A program made the translations under genes and the position numbers. Shown here in pieces: positions 1 to 9,990 of a DNA stretch of 64,000 bases; position 1 is the stretch's first letter; each line of letters begins with the position of its first letter. The stretch comes from an uncultured Acidobacteriota bacterium (GTDB lineage: Bacteria > Acidobacteriota > Terriglobia > Acidiferrales > UBA7541), in contig CAVWBL010000009.1 of NCBI GenBank assembly GCA_963753205.1, forward strand, positions 244,594-308,593, read 5' to 3'. The notes under the pieces were generated by a model, which was not told the origin of the DNA, made no database searches, and worked only from the letters and a program-made list of their open reading frames with translations.

Positions 1-1
1 C

Positions 2-1888
2 AAGATCCGACGTCTGGTCGACGCTAACGTTGTAGGGATTGTCATGTGGAACCTCGAAGGTGTAATCACCGGGGCCAACGATGCTTTCCTCCGCATCGTG
101 CAGTACAGCCGTGAAGACCTCGCTTTCGGTCGGCTGCGCTGGCCGGACCTGACGCCTGTCGAATGGCGTGAGGCAGACGAACGTGCGCTCGCTGATTTGA
201 ACGCGTCCGGGGTGTTCCAGCCGTTCGAGAAGGAGTACTTCCGAAAAAACGGCGGCCGCGTTTCCGTACTGCTCGGCGGAGCACTCTTCGAAGCCGGCGG
301 GAGTGAAGGGGTCGCCTTCGTACTCGATTTGACCGAGCAAAAGCGAGAAGAATCTGCGCGCCTCTACAGCGAAGAGAGGTATCGCGTCGTGGTCGAAACA
401 GCCAGCGATGCCGTCGTAGGTATTGATGACAGGGGTTCAATAGTTTTTGCGAACCCTGCCGCTGCGATAATTTTTGGTTACGACCTAAGCGAACTGACAG
501 GGAAGCCCCTGACGCTCTTAATGCCCGAATACATGCGCGAGTTGCACAAGAATGGTTTTGAAAGGTATTTGACTACCGGTCGGCGGCATATGAATTGGCA
601 AGGCACCGAACTGACAGCAATTCGCAAAAATGGCGAGGAGTTTCCGGTAGAGGTTTCGTTCGGCGAGCTAACCAGAGACGGCCACAAAACGTTTACAGGC
701 TTTCTCCGTGATATCAGCGAAAGAAAGCATGCGGAGGAGGCGCTGCGGCGCAGCAAGGCCATTCTGACGGAATCGCAGCGTCTCAGTTTGACCGGCAGCT
801 TTTCTTGGAAGGTTGCGACCGACGAAATCACATGGTCAGAGCAACTCTATCGCATCTACGAGCTTGAGGTCGGCGTTCCCGTGACGCTCGAACTGATCCG
901 TACCAGAGTCCATCCGGAAGACATCAGCTTGATCGAGAAAATGAGAATGGTCGACCAAGCGCGAGCCGACGGTAAAGAGTTTGAATGGCACTTCCGATTG
1001 CTGATGCCTGACCACTCGATTAAGTATCTGCATGCGGTCGCTCATGCTATCCGGGACCGGAATGGACAAGTGGAGTACGTCGCGGCGATTCAGGATATCA
1101 CGGCGCGGCGAACGTCAGAGGAAGCTCTCGCGAAGGTCAGATCAGAACTCGCGGAGGTTGCAAGAGTCACGAGCCTTGGAGCGCTGACCGCCTCGATCGC
1201 ACATGAAGTCAACCAGCCCCTTTCCGGAATCATGACAAATGCCAGCACCTGTCTCCGGATGCTGAATACGGATCCTCCGAATGTCGACGGGGCGCGCGAA
1301 ACTACGCGCCGTAGCATTCGGGACGCCAACCGTGCGTCGGAAGTGATCACGCGATTGCGGGCGCTGTTTAGCAAGAAGGAGTCCGGAAGCGATTCTCTGG
1401 ATCTGAACGAGGCTACCCGAGAGGTGATTGCACTATCGTTGAGCGAACTTCATCGCAATCAAGTGGTTCTGCGGATTGAGCTTTCCGACGACCTCCCGAC
1501 TCTCACGGGCGATCGCGTCCAGCTGCAGCAGGTGATCCTAAATTTAATCCGGAACGCTTCGGACGCTATGAGAGGCGTTGATGACCGCCCGAGGCAGTTG
1601 GTGGTCAAAACCCAACGGGACAAAGAAGATTGCGTGCGGCTAAGCGTTCAAGATGCCGGAGTTGGTTTTGACCCGCAGGCCGCCGACAGGCTCTTTGAGG
1701 CATTCTACACCACGAAGGACGATGGTATGGGAATTGGACTCTCGGTAAGTCGCTCAATTATCGAGAATCACTCTGGACGGTTGTGGGCAGTGCGGAATGA
1801 TGATGGTCCCGGGGCCACATTCGCATTTTCTGTTCCCCGCGAAACCGCGGGCTCCGGCTCCAGTAGTGCTCGCGGCAGAGGCGCATGA
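2..1888 (+). CDS. PAS-domain sensor histidine kinase, 5' end outside window
   Basis: The frame is open back to base 2 (IRRLVDANVVGIVMWNLEG precedes the first Met at 44). Several PAS-like blocks are present. H-box ASIAHEVNQPLSGI and ATPase motifs LIRNASDAM, DDGMGIGLSVSRSI and GPGATFAFSVP. Stop at 1886-1888. Confidence 0.9.
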   Translation, partial: KIRRLVDANVVGIVMWNLEGVITGANDAFLRIVQYSREDLAFGRLRWPDLTPVEWREADERALADLNASGVFQPFEKEYFRKNGGRVSVLLGGALFEAGGSEGVAFVLDLTEQKREESARLYSEERYRVVVETASDAVVGIDDRGSIVFANPAAAIIFGYDLSELTGKPLTLLMPEYMRELHKNGFERYLTTGRRHMNWQGTELTAIRKNGEEFPVEVSFGELTRDGHKTFTGFLRDISERKHAEEALRRSKAILTESQRLSLTGSFSWKVATDEITWSEQLYRIYELEVGVPVTLELIRTRVHPEDISLIEKMRMVDQARADGKEFEWHFRLLMPDHSIKYLHAVAHAIRDRNGQVEYVAAIQDITARRTSEEALAKVRSELAEVARVTSLGALTASIAHEVNQPLSGIMTNASTCLRMLNTDPPNVDGARETTRRSIRDANRASEVITRLRALFSKKESGSDSLDLNEATREVIALSLSELHRNQVVLRIELSDDLPTLTGDRVQLQQVILNLIRNASDAMRGVDDRPRQLVVKTQRDKEDCVRLSVQDAGVGFDPQAADRLFEAFYTTKDDGMGIGLSVSRSIIENHSGRLWAVRNDDGPGATFAFSVPRETAGSGSSSARGRGA

Positions 1889-1931
1889 CGATTCTTGACA
1901 CTTGGGCAGCCGGCTTGGCGAGCGGCACACT

Positions 1932-2303
1932 ATGCAGTCCATCCCCGGCCGACCGACACCAAGGTATGATGGAGTTTCCGGCGGACTGGCGCATTATCAT
2001 GCGGTGGAACGCTTATTGGTGGCACTAGTTGATGACGACGAGTCAGTGCGCGAGTCACTGCCCGATTTGGTCCGCGAGCTTGGTTTTGCGGCGCGCGCGT
2101 TCTCATCGGCGGAACAGTTCCTCGCGTCCGATTGCATTAGCCAAACCAAATGCTTGATCCTGGATATTTTTATGCCGGGGATAACCGGCCCAGAACTTCA
2201 GCGGGAATTGAAGCGTCGCGGGCAACACATTCCAATCATCTTGATACCGTTCAGCGACACAGGCTTGCTTGAGGCGCTGAACGCGGCACTTCGAGTGGGC
2301 TGA
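1932..2303 (+). CDS. stand-alone response-regulator receiver domain with an in-frame internal deletion (start codon uncertain)
   Basis: LVALVDDDESVRESL...CLILDIFMPGITG...IPIILI runs directly into PFSDTGLLEALNAALR. The neighbouring REC domain reads MPIIFITGYGDVPMTVEAMKAGAVEFLTKPFSNDALL. About 23 residues (alpha4-beta5, including the conserved Lys) are therefore missing. The start could be ATG 1932 or a GTG near 2004. Confidence 0.55.
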   Translation: MQSIPGRPTPRYDGVSGGLAHYHAVERLLVALVDDDESVRESLPDLVRELGFAARAFSSAEQFLASDCISQTKCLILDIFMPGITGPELQRELKRRGQHIPIILIPFSDTGLLEALNAALRVG

Positions 2304-2312
2304 GAGAGGTAC

Positions 2313-2981
2313 GTGATTGCAGTGAGCGGGACCGCTCAATTGAGGTCGTCACCGAAACCGCCCACGCCAATCGTGTTCGTCGTTGACGATGACATCTCGG
2401 TGCGCGAATCGCTGGAGCTGCTGATCCAGTCGGAGACCTGGCACGCTGAGACATTCGCCTCCGCACAGGAATTCCTCGCCCGGCCACGAGCGCTGGTTCC
2501 GAGCTGCCTCGTACTCGACGTTTCCCTGCCAGGCCTTAATGGCCTCGAGCTGCAGAAGCGGGTCGCCATCGAACGGATCGACATGCCAATCATCTTCATT
2601 ACAGGGTACGGCGATGTGCCAATGACGGTCGAGGCCATGAAGGCGGGCGCTGTGGAGTTTTTGACAAAGCCGTTCAGCAACGATGCGCTGCTAAGCGCCA
2701 TCCGTGGCGCTCTGGAGCGCAGCCGCATCACTCTTGCCGAAGAAGCGGAGTTACAGATACTCCGCGAGTGTTACGCGTCACTCACCCCGCGTGAACGGGA
2801 GGTTATGGGTTTGGTGGTCTCCGGACTATTGAACAAGCAGGTGGGCGGGGAGCTCGGCATCAGCGAGATCACAGTGAAAGCACACCGAGGCCAAGTGATG
2901 CAAAAGATGAAGGCCAACTCTCTCGCCGATCTGGTGAAAATGGCCGCGAGACTCCGCCTCACGCCTATGCCGAGAACCTGA
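2313..2981 (+). CDS. FixJ/LuxR-family two-component response regulator (REC + LuxR HTH)
   Basis: VFVVDDDISVRESL, LVLDVSLPGLNG, TKPF, then LTPREREVMGLVVSGLLNKQVGGELGISEITVKAHRGQVMQKM. GTG start preceded by GAGAGAGG. Confidence 0.9.
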   Translation: MIAVSGTAQLRSSPKPPTPIVFVVDDDISVRESLELLIQSETWHAETFASAQEFLARPRALVPSCLVLDVSLPGLNGLELQKRVAIERIDMPIIFITGYGDVPMTVEAMKAGAVEFLTKPFSNDALLSAIRGALERSRITLAEEAELQILRECYASLTPREREVMGLVVSGLLNKQVGGELGISEITVKAHRGQVMQKMKANSLADLVKMAARLRLTPMPRT

Positions 2982-3121
2982 GTTCTACTGCGTTTTCGTC
3001 AAGCGCCCGCAAAAAAGTCAATATCGTCGAACATCCTGACAAGACGGTGCCATTCAAATGTAACGGGCATACGAGAGGCCACTGCCACGCTACTGCGTTG
3101 TAGAGCTGGCTGCTACGCTAC

Positions 3122-3151
3122 TAAAGTATTGTCAATACCATCGTCCAATTG
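3122..3151 (+). promoter_or_regulatory. stress-regulon motif copy 1 (ECF-promoter-like element with palindromic spacer)
   Basis: taaaGTATTGTCAATACCATCGTCCAATTG, 135 nt upstream of ATG 3286. Perfect GTATTG-t-CAATAC palindrome followed by CGTC. Confidence 0.6.
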
Positions 3152-3285
3152 TCCTGCCTACCTCGCGTGCGTTGCAATGAAGTCGCACACAGGCCCCGCT
3201 GTTGAGCTTCGGTAGTGAAAATCGACATGCTCCGCCAGCCGGGCTGATTCGTTCGAGACGCGAGGTCGAAAATGAGGAGACGATC

Positions 3286-4119
3286 ATGAGCACGATTACG
3301 GTGAGAGACGGTACGACAATCTACTACAAGGACTGGGGAAAAGGACAACCCGTTGTTTTCAGCCATGGCTGGCCGCTCAGCGCCGACGCCTGGGAAGACC
3401 AGATGATTTTTCTGGCGGACCACGGATATCGCTGCATCGCCCACGACCGGCGCGGGCACGGCCGGTCGAGCCAACCATCCAACGGCAATGATATGAACAC
3501 CTACGCGGACGACCTATTATCGCTGGTCGACGCGCTCAACGTGAGCGATGCCATTCACGTGGGCCATTCGACGGGCGGCGGTGAAGTCGCGCGGTACATC
3601 GGCCGGCACGGGACAAAGCGTGTCGCTAAGGCCGTTCTTATCAGCGCGGTTCCCCCGTTATTGGTTACCGGCAAGGCCGGTGGTTTGCCAATCGAAGAAT
3701 TTGACCAGCTCCGTGCCGCGATCCTCGCCGACCGCGCTCAATTTTGGAGAGAGTTCAGCAAACCGTTCTATGGCGCCAATCGGCCCGGCGCGAAGGTTTC
3801 TCAAGGCTTGCTCGACTCCTTTTGGCTGCAGGCGATGCTCGGTGGGCATAAAGCCATCTACGAGTGCGTTAAGACTTTTTCGGAGACTGATTTCACCGAG
3901 GACCTCAAGCGGTTCGATGTGCCAACCCTTCTCCTCCACGGCGATGACGATCAGATCGTGCCGATCGGAGTAACAAGCTTGGTTTCGGCCAAAATCATTA
4001 AGGGAGCGACGTTGAAAGTCGTGCCCGGCGCCCCGCACGGCATGTGCTCGACTCTGAAAGATCAGGTCAATGCCGAACTGTTAGCTTTCTTCGAAGGCGC
4101 GGCGGCGGCAGCTGCTTAA
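3286..4119 (+). CDS. alpha/beta hydrolase of the non-heme chloroperoxidase / arylesterase type
   Basis: [39 protein letters not shown], nucleophile elbow GHSTGG, C-terminal GAPHGM. GAGGAG Shine-Dalgarno 7 nt before the ATG. Confidence 0.9.
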   Translation: MSTITVRDGTTIYYKDWGKGQPVVFSHGWPLSADAWEDQMIFLADHGYRCIAHDRRGHGRSSQPSNGNDMNTYADDLLSLVDALNVSDAIHVGHSTGGGEVARYIGRHGTKRVAKAVLISAVPPLLVTGKAGGLPIEEFDQLRAAILADRAQFWREFSKPFYGANRPGAKVSQGLLDSFWLQAMLGGHKAIYECVKTFSETDFTEDLKRFDVPTLLLHGDDDQIVPIGVTSLVSAKIIKGATLKVVPGAPHGMCSTLKDQVNAELLAFFEGAAAAAA

Positions 4120-4206
4120 TAGCTTCGCGATCCGAATGTCATGCACCTGGATCGCTCAAAAATACGGCCGCTGGTCGACCGCACGGCCGAGAGAGGAAGC
4201 AAGAGC

Positions 4207-5004
4207 ATGAAGATCGTAGTGATTGGCGGAACCGGCCTCATCGGTTCAGGAGTCGCAAAGAAGCTCGGCGCGCAGGGCCATCAAGCGGTAGCGGCATCGC
4301 CGGATACGGGCGTCAACACAATCACGGGTCAGGGACTCGCCGAAGTGCTGAAAGGCGCCTCGGTGGTCGTTGATGTATCGAATTCTCCCAATTGGGAGGA
4401 CGCGGCAGTGCTGACCTTCTTCGAAACATCAACTCGTAATCTCCTCAGCGACGAAGCCGCCGCCGGGGTAAGACACCACGTTGCGTTATCGGTTGTGGGA
4501 ACCGACCGGCTTTCCGAAAGCGGGTATTTCCGCGCGAAGATCGCCCAAGAGAGACTAATCAAAGCGGGTTCCATCCCTTACTCCATCGTCCATGCAACCC
4601 AGTTCTTCGAATTCCTTAAAGGGCTTGCCGACATTTCCGTTGAAGGCGGCAAGGTGCATTTGCCACCTGTCCTCTTCCAGCCGATGGCTGCCGATGATGT
4701 GGCGAGCGGAGTAGCCGGTGTTGCTGTCGGGCCGCCGGTAAGTGGCATCGTGGAAATAGCGGGACCAGAACAATTCCGCGTGGATGACCTCGTCCGACGG
4801 CGATTGGCCAGTCTAAGCGATCCCCGCGAAGTTATCGCCGACCCGCACGCGAGATACGATGGCGCGGGGGTCGGCGAGCGAACTTTACTCCCTAGCGATG
4901 ATGCTCGACTCGGCAAAACGCGCTTTGCCGATTGGCTCAAGAGCTCGGCGGCTCAACCACCGAAATCAAAGTCTCAGTCCGCAACCGCAACGAAACGAGC
5001 GTGA
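4207..5004 (+). CDS. NmrA/atypical-SDR-like NAD(P)-binding protein
   Basis: MKIVVIGGTGLIGSGVAKKL Rossmann motif. Length and layout fit NmrA-like proteins. Confidence 0.8.
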   Translation: MKIVVIGGTGLIGSGVAKKLGAQGHQAVAASPDTGVNTITGQGLAEVLKGASVVVDVSNSPNWEDAAVLTFFETSTRNLLSDEAAAGVRHHVALSVVGTDRLSESGYFRAKIAQERLIKAGSIPYSIVHATQFFEFLKGLADISVEGGKVHLPPVLFQPMAADDVASGVAGVAVGPPVSGIVEIAGPEQFRVDDLVRRRLASLSDPREVIADPHARYDGAGVGERTLLPSDDARLGKTRFADWLKSSAAQPPKSKSQSATATKRA

Positions 5005-5096
5005 AGCACGCTCAAACAACGAATTCCATCAATGCGGTGCAAGATCGCCGGGGAATAAACACGATGCATTGATGGTGTCGCACGAGAGGTTGATGT

Positions 5097-5523
5097 ATGA
5101 CGCTTACAAAGCTAATTCTGGTATGGGCGTGTCTCATGTCCGTCACGCTGGCAGCATCGATAGCGGCGGTCACGCAAGGAGCCAACGTGACGCAGGAAGC
5201 GAAGGTGACGCGGCTCTTCTGCGAAAAACCTACCGGACCTTCCTGGCAAGGAAGGGTTGATGATCACGGTTGAGTATCCCCCGGGTGGCTCGGACCCCAT
5301 ACATCGCCACAACGCAGACGCGTTCGTCTACGTACTAGACGGCTCAATCGTGATGCAGGTAAGGGGCGGGAAGCAAGTGGCGCTGACGCCTGGACAAACG
5401 TTCTATGAAGGCCCCGACGATGTCCATATCGTCGGACGGAATGCCAGCGACACCAAACCGGCAAAATTCCTGGTGTTTTTAGTAAAAGACAAGGGCGCTC
5501 CAATCATGGTTCCAGCAAAGTGA
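5097..5523 (+). pseudogene. secreted cupin-domain protein split by a +1 frameshift at an A5 run
   Basis: Frame 0 from ATG 5097 gives a signal peptide, MTLTKLILVWACLMSVTLAASIAAVTQG..VTRLFCEK, and stops at 5271. Frame 1 is open from 5209 and reads NLPDLPGKEGLMITVEYPPGGSDPIHRHNADAFVYVLDGS... to 5523. Removing one A from 5224-5228 joins the two. Confidence 0.65.
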
Positions 5524-5593
5524 CTGCCGAAACCGTCGTCAGGTGGAAAACAACTCAAGAGAACCGCTCGTCTGAGTGGGTGTGGAGGTTGGA

Positions 5594-5857
5594 ATGCTGA
5601 ATCTCCAATCTGGTGATCGAATTGAACTGTTCTACGAAGACGCCCCAGCTGCGCCGATTCGTGCGACCGTCGTCCGCTTGTTGACTGATCAGGATGAAGG
5701 AATGGGCATCGAGATTGAAGACTATACTGCCTCCTGGATCGAGATCACCGTGGATGATCCAAGCGACGTGGATGCCATCCAAGTTGTACTACTGAACACG
5801 GATCTCCAATATCGGCTGAACGGCCGCCGCGTAACTCTTCGTAAGACGGAGGAATAG
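5594..5857 (+). CDS. small hypothetical protein (87 aa)
   Basis: ATG 5594 preceded by GGAGG (5584-5588). Acidic, no recognisable family. Confidence 0.45.
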   Translation: MLNLQSGDRIELFYEDAPAAPIRATVVRLLTDQDEGMGIEIEDYTASWIEITVDDPSDVDAIQVVLLNTDLQYRLNGRRVTLRKTEE

Positions 5858-6028
5858 CGAGTCCTGGCTTCGGGAGCACTCGACACTGATGAGATTGTGC
5901 AAAATGCTTAGCGCGCTTATGAGACCGAGCAGGCCGAAGCGCTCAAAGACGGGTTTAACGGCTAACACAACCATCGAAATGCCGAATGCGACGGATCTTC
6001 TGCGCGTGGTTTAAGGAAAGGAGCAATC

Positions 6029-6733
6029 TTGAATATTGGCATTATCGGCGCGGGTCAGATCGGTGGGACGCTCACGCGCCGGCTGGCACAGTTGGGACAC
6101 GGAGTATTTGTCGCGAACTCCCGAGGGCCTTCGTCCCTTGCGGAATTGGCGAAAGAGACCGGCGCGAAAGCCGTGACGGCTTGCGAGGCCGCCAGGGCAG
6201 GCCAAGTGGTGATCGTGACAATTCCAGAGGGCAAAATCCGAGACCTTCCCAAAAGTCTTTTTGAAGGTGTCCCGTCCGACGTTGTGGTGATTGACACTGG
6301 AAACTACTATCCCCGTGAACGGCATGGCCGCATTGACGACATCGAAGGCGGAATGACAGAAAGCCGTTGGGTTGCGAATCAATTGGGACGTCCCGTCGTC
6401 AAAGCGTTCAACACTATGAATTACAAAAAACTGCTTGAGTTAGGCCGGCCGCAAGGTCCCGGACGCCTCGCCCTACCCGTAGCAGGCGACGACGCCAGGG
6501 CAAAGCAAGTGGTGATGCAGCTGGTTAATGAACTCGGATTTGATGGAGTCGACGACGACGGATTGGACAACTCCTGGCGCCAGCAGCCGGGCACGCCGGT
6601 TTATGATAAGGAACTCGACAGCTCCGAAGTACGGCACGCATTGGCCAAAGCACGAAACGAGCGCCCGCCTCAGTGGCGTGCGGCAAGGAAGATTTCACGC
6701 AGCTTCACGCAACGAGCCTATAGCCGGGATTGA
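6029..6733 (+). CDS. NAD(P)-binding oxidoreductase (NADPH-dependent F420 reductase / ProC-like Rossmann fold)
   Basis: TTG start after AAGGAAAGGAG. MNIGIIGAGQIGGTLTRRLAQLGHGVFVANSRGP. Confidence 0.75.
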   Translation: MNIGIIGAGQIGGTLTRRLAQLGHGVFVANSRGPSSLAELAKETGAKAVTACEAARAGQVVIVTIPEGKIRDLPKSLFEGVPSDVVVIDTGNYYPRERHGRIDDIEGGMTESRWVANQLGRPVVKAFNTMNYKKLLELGRPQGPGRLALPVAGDDARAKQVVMQLVNELGFDGVDDDGLDNSWRQQPGTPVYDKELDSSEVRHALAKARNERPPQWRAARKISRSFTQRAYSRD

Positions 6734-6940
6734 TTGAGGGTTCCTTCCCAAGACGACGATTGCGTTAGCGAGGTTTCGCCCAAACACAATTTTGTCCGAG
6801 TGACTGCAGAACACTCACTTGTACAAGTTAGGCTCCGCGCAATCTAACCGTTGTGGAATGACCCCTGAGCATCCTATCCCTCGCTCTTGGAGAGTAGATG
6901 ATCATCCCGGATTAAAACGGTAGAGGTCCTTGAGATCTGT

Positions 6941-8248
6941 ATGTCTGCACCTCGAGTCGTGATCGTCGGCGGTGGATTCGGCGGGTTGTTCGCAACGCGT
7001 GCGCTCGCTCGCGCTCCAGTGAACGTGGTGTTGATCGACAAGCGGAACTACCACTTGTTTCGTCCCATGCTCTATCAGGTCGCTACCGGTTTGCTCTCGG
7101 CGGATCAGATCGCCCCTCCTTTGCGGTCGATCGTGAGTCGGCCAACACAATGTAGAGGTTTTGCAAGACGAAGTTACCGCGATTGATTCAGCTCACCGGT
7201 TGGTTCAGCTAAAAGAGCATCGGCTACCTTACGATTTCCTGATCCTCGCCACCGGCATTCAATACAACTATTTCGGACATGATGATTGGCGGCGCACCGC
7301 ACCAGGGCTTGAATCACTGGACGATGCAGACCGAATTCGCGGCAAGGTCTTGACGGCCTTCGAGCAGCGGAGGAGACGGCCGCGCTCGATAACCGCGACC
7401 GCCAGGAAATTCGACAGCTGCTGACTTTTGTACTCGTCGGTGCAGGAACGGTTGGCGTGGAAATGGCGGGCACACTCGCCGAAATGTCGCGCATGGCTTT
7501 GACACATGACTTTCGAAATATCAATCCGCGGTCGGCGCGGATTCTGTTGTATGAAGCGGCGCCGCGTATACTTCCTACGTTTCCCGAAGTTTTATCTGCA
7601 AAAGCGCAACGGCACCTCGAAAGGCTTGGGGTCGAAGTATACACAAACACGCGAGTTACTAGCGTAGATGACCGGGGAATCGTCGCCAATGGAAAGCATG
7701 TTCGGGCAAGCACAGTGTTGTGGGGCGCTGGAGTGCTGGCCTCGCCGGCGGCACGCTGGTTAGGTGTTCCAACGGACCAGTCGGGCAAGATCATCGTCAA
7801 CGCCGACTTCTCAGTGCCGGGTTATCCGGAGATTTTTGCGATCGGCGACACCGCACACGTCGTAGCGGGATCTCGCAATCTCCTGGGATTTAAGTCGAAG
7901 CAGGCAATGACCATGCCGGGTGTCGCACAACCAGCGATTCAAGAGGGGCAGTATGTAGCACGGTTGATTCGCCGGCGAGTTGCCAAGAAACCAGCACCGC
8001 CGCCTTTCTGGTATTGGGACAAGGGTGACCTCGCAATCGTCGGTCGAGCTTACGCCCTGGCCGACTTACGTTTCCTTCGGTTCGCAGGATTGCTGGCTTG
8101 GATCGTTTGGGGCGCTGTGCATATCTACTTTTTGATCGGATTTTCAAATCGACTCTTCGTCGTGCTGGAATGGGGGATCACATTTTTGACCAAGCGGAGG
8201 CAGGTGCGCGTTTTCCCGGGACAAGAAAAAGCGGAACGAGCGCCCTGA
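6941..8248 (+). pseudogene. ndh: type II NADH dehydrogenase (NDH-2) interrupted by two compensating frameshifts
   Basis: Frame 2: [18 protein letters not shown]...[24 protein letters not shown]. Frame 0, open from 7137: [23 protein letters not shown]...IRGKVLTAFEQ. Frame 2 again, open from 7313: AEETAALDNRDRQEIRQLLTFVLVGAGTVGVEMAG...FAIGD... to 8248. Confidence 0.8.
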
Positions 8249-8327
8249 GAACGCTACGCCAAAGACACGCAGTTTTCATGTCGCTCTCAAGCGAAGAATC
8301 GCACCATTTCCTTGCCGTCTCCGCTAC

Positions 8328-8357
8328 CAAAGTACTGCCAATACCATCGTCTGATTG
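8328..8357 (+). promoter_or_regulatory. stress-regulon motif copy 2
   Basis: caaaGTACTGCCAATACCATCGTCTGATTG, 89 nt upstream of ATG 8447. Second block CCTAATCG lies 22 nt downstream. Confidence 0.55.
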
Positions 8358-8446
8358 TTCCGTCACGCTTCCTCTGGCCTAATCGCAAACGTAAATCAAC
8401 CGGATTAGTCGTCCAACAACCGATATCACATGTAGAGGTAAGGTAA

Positions 8447-8860
8447 ATGAACGCGCTCTTTGTCGGCGAGAGTCAACGAGCCTGGTGGCACATCGCCAGG
8501 CATCTGCAAGGACGAGGCTGTAGTTGTTGGTTCGCCTCCACAAACGAGGAACTCCGAGTTCTTCTCGGCCAGCGGCCGTTCCGTTTGGTGCTGAGTGCAC
8601 GCCCTGTGACGAACGGGAGTGCGCTCATGCACCTACTGCAGGCTCCTGAGCGGTTCGTGTTCTACTGGTTCCCCGTCGAGGATAGCTGTCTGTGGTTTCA
8701 AGCTATTCCCGAAATTTCAAATGTTTCGCGGGTATCAGCACTTCGACCGAGCGAGTTCATGAGCATTCTCGACGTTCTCCTTGTTTCAGAGGGAGACCGT
8801 TATCCTCGTCGTTTCGAAGCAACGCCTATGCCAGGTGCAGGTCCATTTGGACTATCTTGA
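8447..8860 (+). CDS. hypothetical protein (137 aa)
   Basis: First ORF after motif copy 2. No family recognised. Coding status inferred from position only. Confidence 0.4.
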   Translation: MNALFVGESQRAWWHIARHLQGRGCSCWFASTNEELRVLLGQRPFRLVLSARPVTNGSALMHLLQAPERFVFYWFPVEDSCLWFQAIPEISNVSRVSALRPSEFMSILDVLLVSEGDRYPRRFEATPMPGAGPFGLS

Positions 8861-8954
8861 TCTGGATTAAATTAGCGTCGAACTCGATGTCGAGGGTCGG
8901 AACGGTACTGTTCGTGAACCGATTGTCCACGCTGCTGCTGCGGGAAATTAGCCG

Positions 8955-9863
8955 ATGAAGCTTTTGCTTGCGGTCGATCATTCGCCCATGTCGCGAGCCG
9001 TCGTAGACCAAGCAACGAAAAGGCCGTGGCCTAAGGGCGCAACTGCATTCTTACTGCACGTAATCGAAACACTGCCTCTGCGCGACGGCGTGATGTTTCT
9101 CAAAGAAATGAGGGAGGCCGCGGCCGCATGGCTCAGTCCAGCTGCAGAGTTATTGCACAAAGCGGGCATACCAACGACTGTCGAGATTATCGAAGGCATT
9201 CCAAGAATCGCCGTGTCTGATTTCGCCGAGCAATGGGGCGCGGATTTTCTGATGATAGGAGCGCACAGCTCGAGCGGTCTGGCGCGGTTCCTCCTCGGAG
9301 GAGTTGCTCAAGCTACGCTTCGCTCCGCGCCATGCTCGGTCGAAGTGGTACGAGCAAAGCCAGCCGATGCAACGGTGCCGAGGAAGGTTCTTCTCGCCAC
9401 AGACGGCTCCGAATACTCGATGGCAGCAGCGAGATCTGTTGCTCGGCGCCCATGGCCAGCCGGAACACAGGTTCAAATTATCAGCGTCGCTCAAGTAATG
9501 CCTGTCATAGCTGGGGCGGCGCCCCTGGTGCCGAGCTATTATCCCTCTCCGGAACTGATCGAGACAGTTCAGGCCGAATTTCGTCGGCGTGCCGTAGAGG
9601 CTGTTGAGCGGACGCGCCAGGTTCTCTCAATTTCCGATGCAAAACTCCTCGGAAACGAATCCCTCCCTGTCGGAGATGCCCGAGAAGTCATATTGGACCA
9701 AGCGGCAGAGTGGAATGCCGATTTAATCGTGCTCGGCTCGCACGGCTGGCACGGATTCGCACGATTCATGCTTGGCAGTGTTTCCGAAGCGGTTGCGATG
9801 CACGCGCACTGCTCCGTCGAAGTTATCAGGGAGACGCACAGCGCCAGCAAGGAGTCATCATAA
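8955..9863 (+). CDS. tandem-domain universal stress protein
   Basis: Two UspA-like halves, each ending in G(A/S)H(S/G)..G..RF.LGSV...(HA/SA)PCSVEV(V/I)R. Confidence 0.9.
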   Translation: MKLLLAVDHSPMSRAVVDQATKRPWPKGATAFLLHVIETLPLRDGVMFLKEMREAAAAWLSPAAELLHKAGIPTTVEIIEGIPRIAVSDFAEQWGADFLMIGAHSSSGLARFLLGGVAQATLRSAPCSVEVVRAKPADATVPRKVLLATDGSEYSMAAARSVARRPWPAGTQVQIISVAQVMPVIAGAAPLVPSYYPSPELIETVQAEFRRRAVEAVERTRQVLSISDAKLLGNESLPVGDAREVILDQAAEWNADLIVLGSHGWHGFARFMLGSVSEAVAMHAHCSVEVIRETHSASKESS

Positions 9864-9990
9864 AATCCCAATACGCCTCGAATCGTTCCGAGAGTCGCAT
9901 GAAAGAGAAGCGCGACTATCGTGATCACGGGATCAATTAGAGAGACACGACGACGAAGCCGGTACATCAGAAGAAAAAGGAGTCACTGTC

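Noticed and set aside
3126-3151. The reverse complement of the conserved motif translates to a recurring peptide (QLDDGIGDTF-like), suggesting remnants of a gene or a tiny antisense ORF.
   Set aside because: Stops follow within a few codons in most copies. Substitutions are non-conservative at the peptide level (G/D/A, D/N/S), yet they preserve the DNA palindrome (paired changes in both half-sites). Orientation also tracks the downstream gene, so a cis-regulatory element explains the data better.
5956-5981. Possible weak motif copy (taacggctaacacaaccatcgaaatg) about 45 nt upstream of the 6029 gene.
   Set aside because: Only AAC, ACCATCG and the spacing are kept. There is no palindrome, no CGTC and no CAATTG, so it is too degenerate to call without a statistical model.
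7174-7800. 208-aa minus-strand ORF.
   Set aside because: Shadow ORF opposite the NDH-2 coding sequence, with Arg/Ser/Ala-rich composition and no signature.
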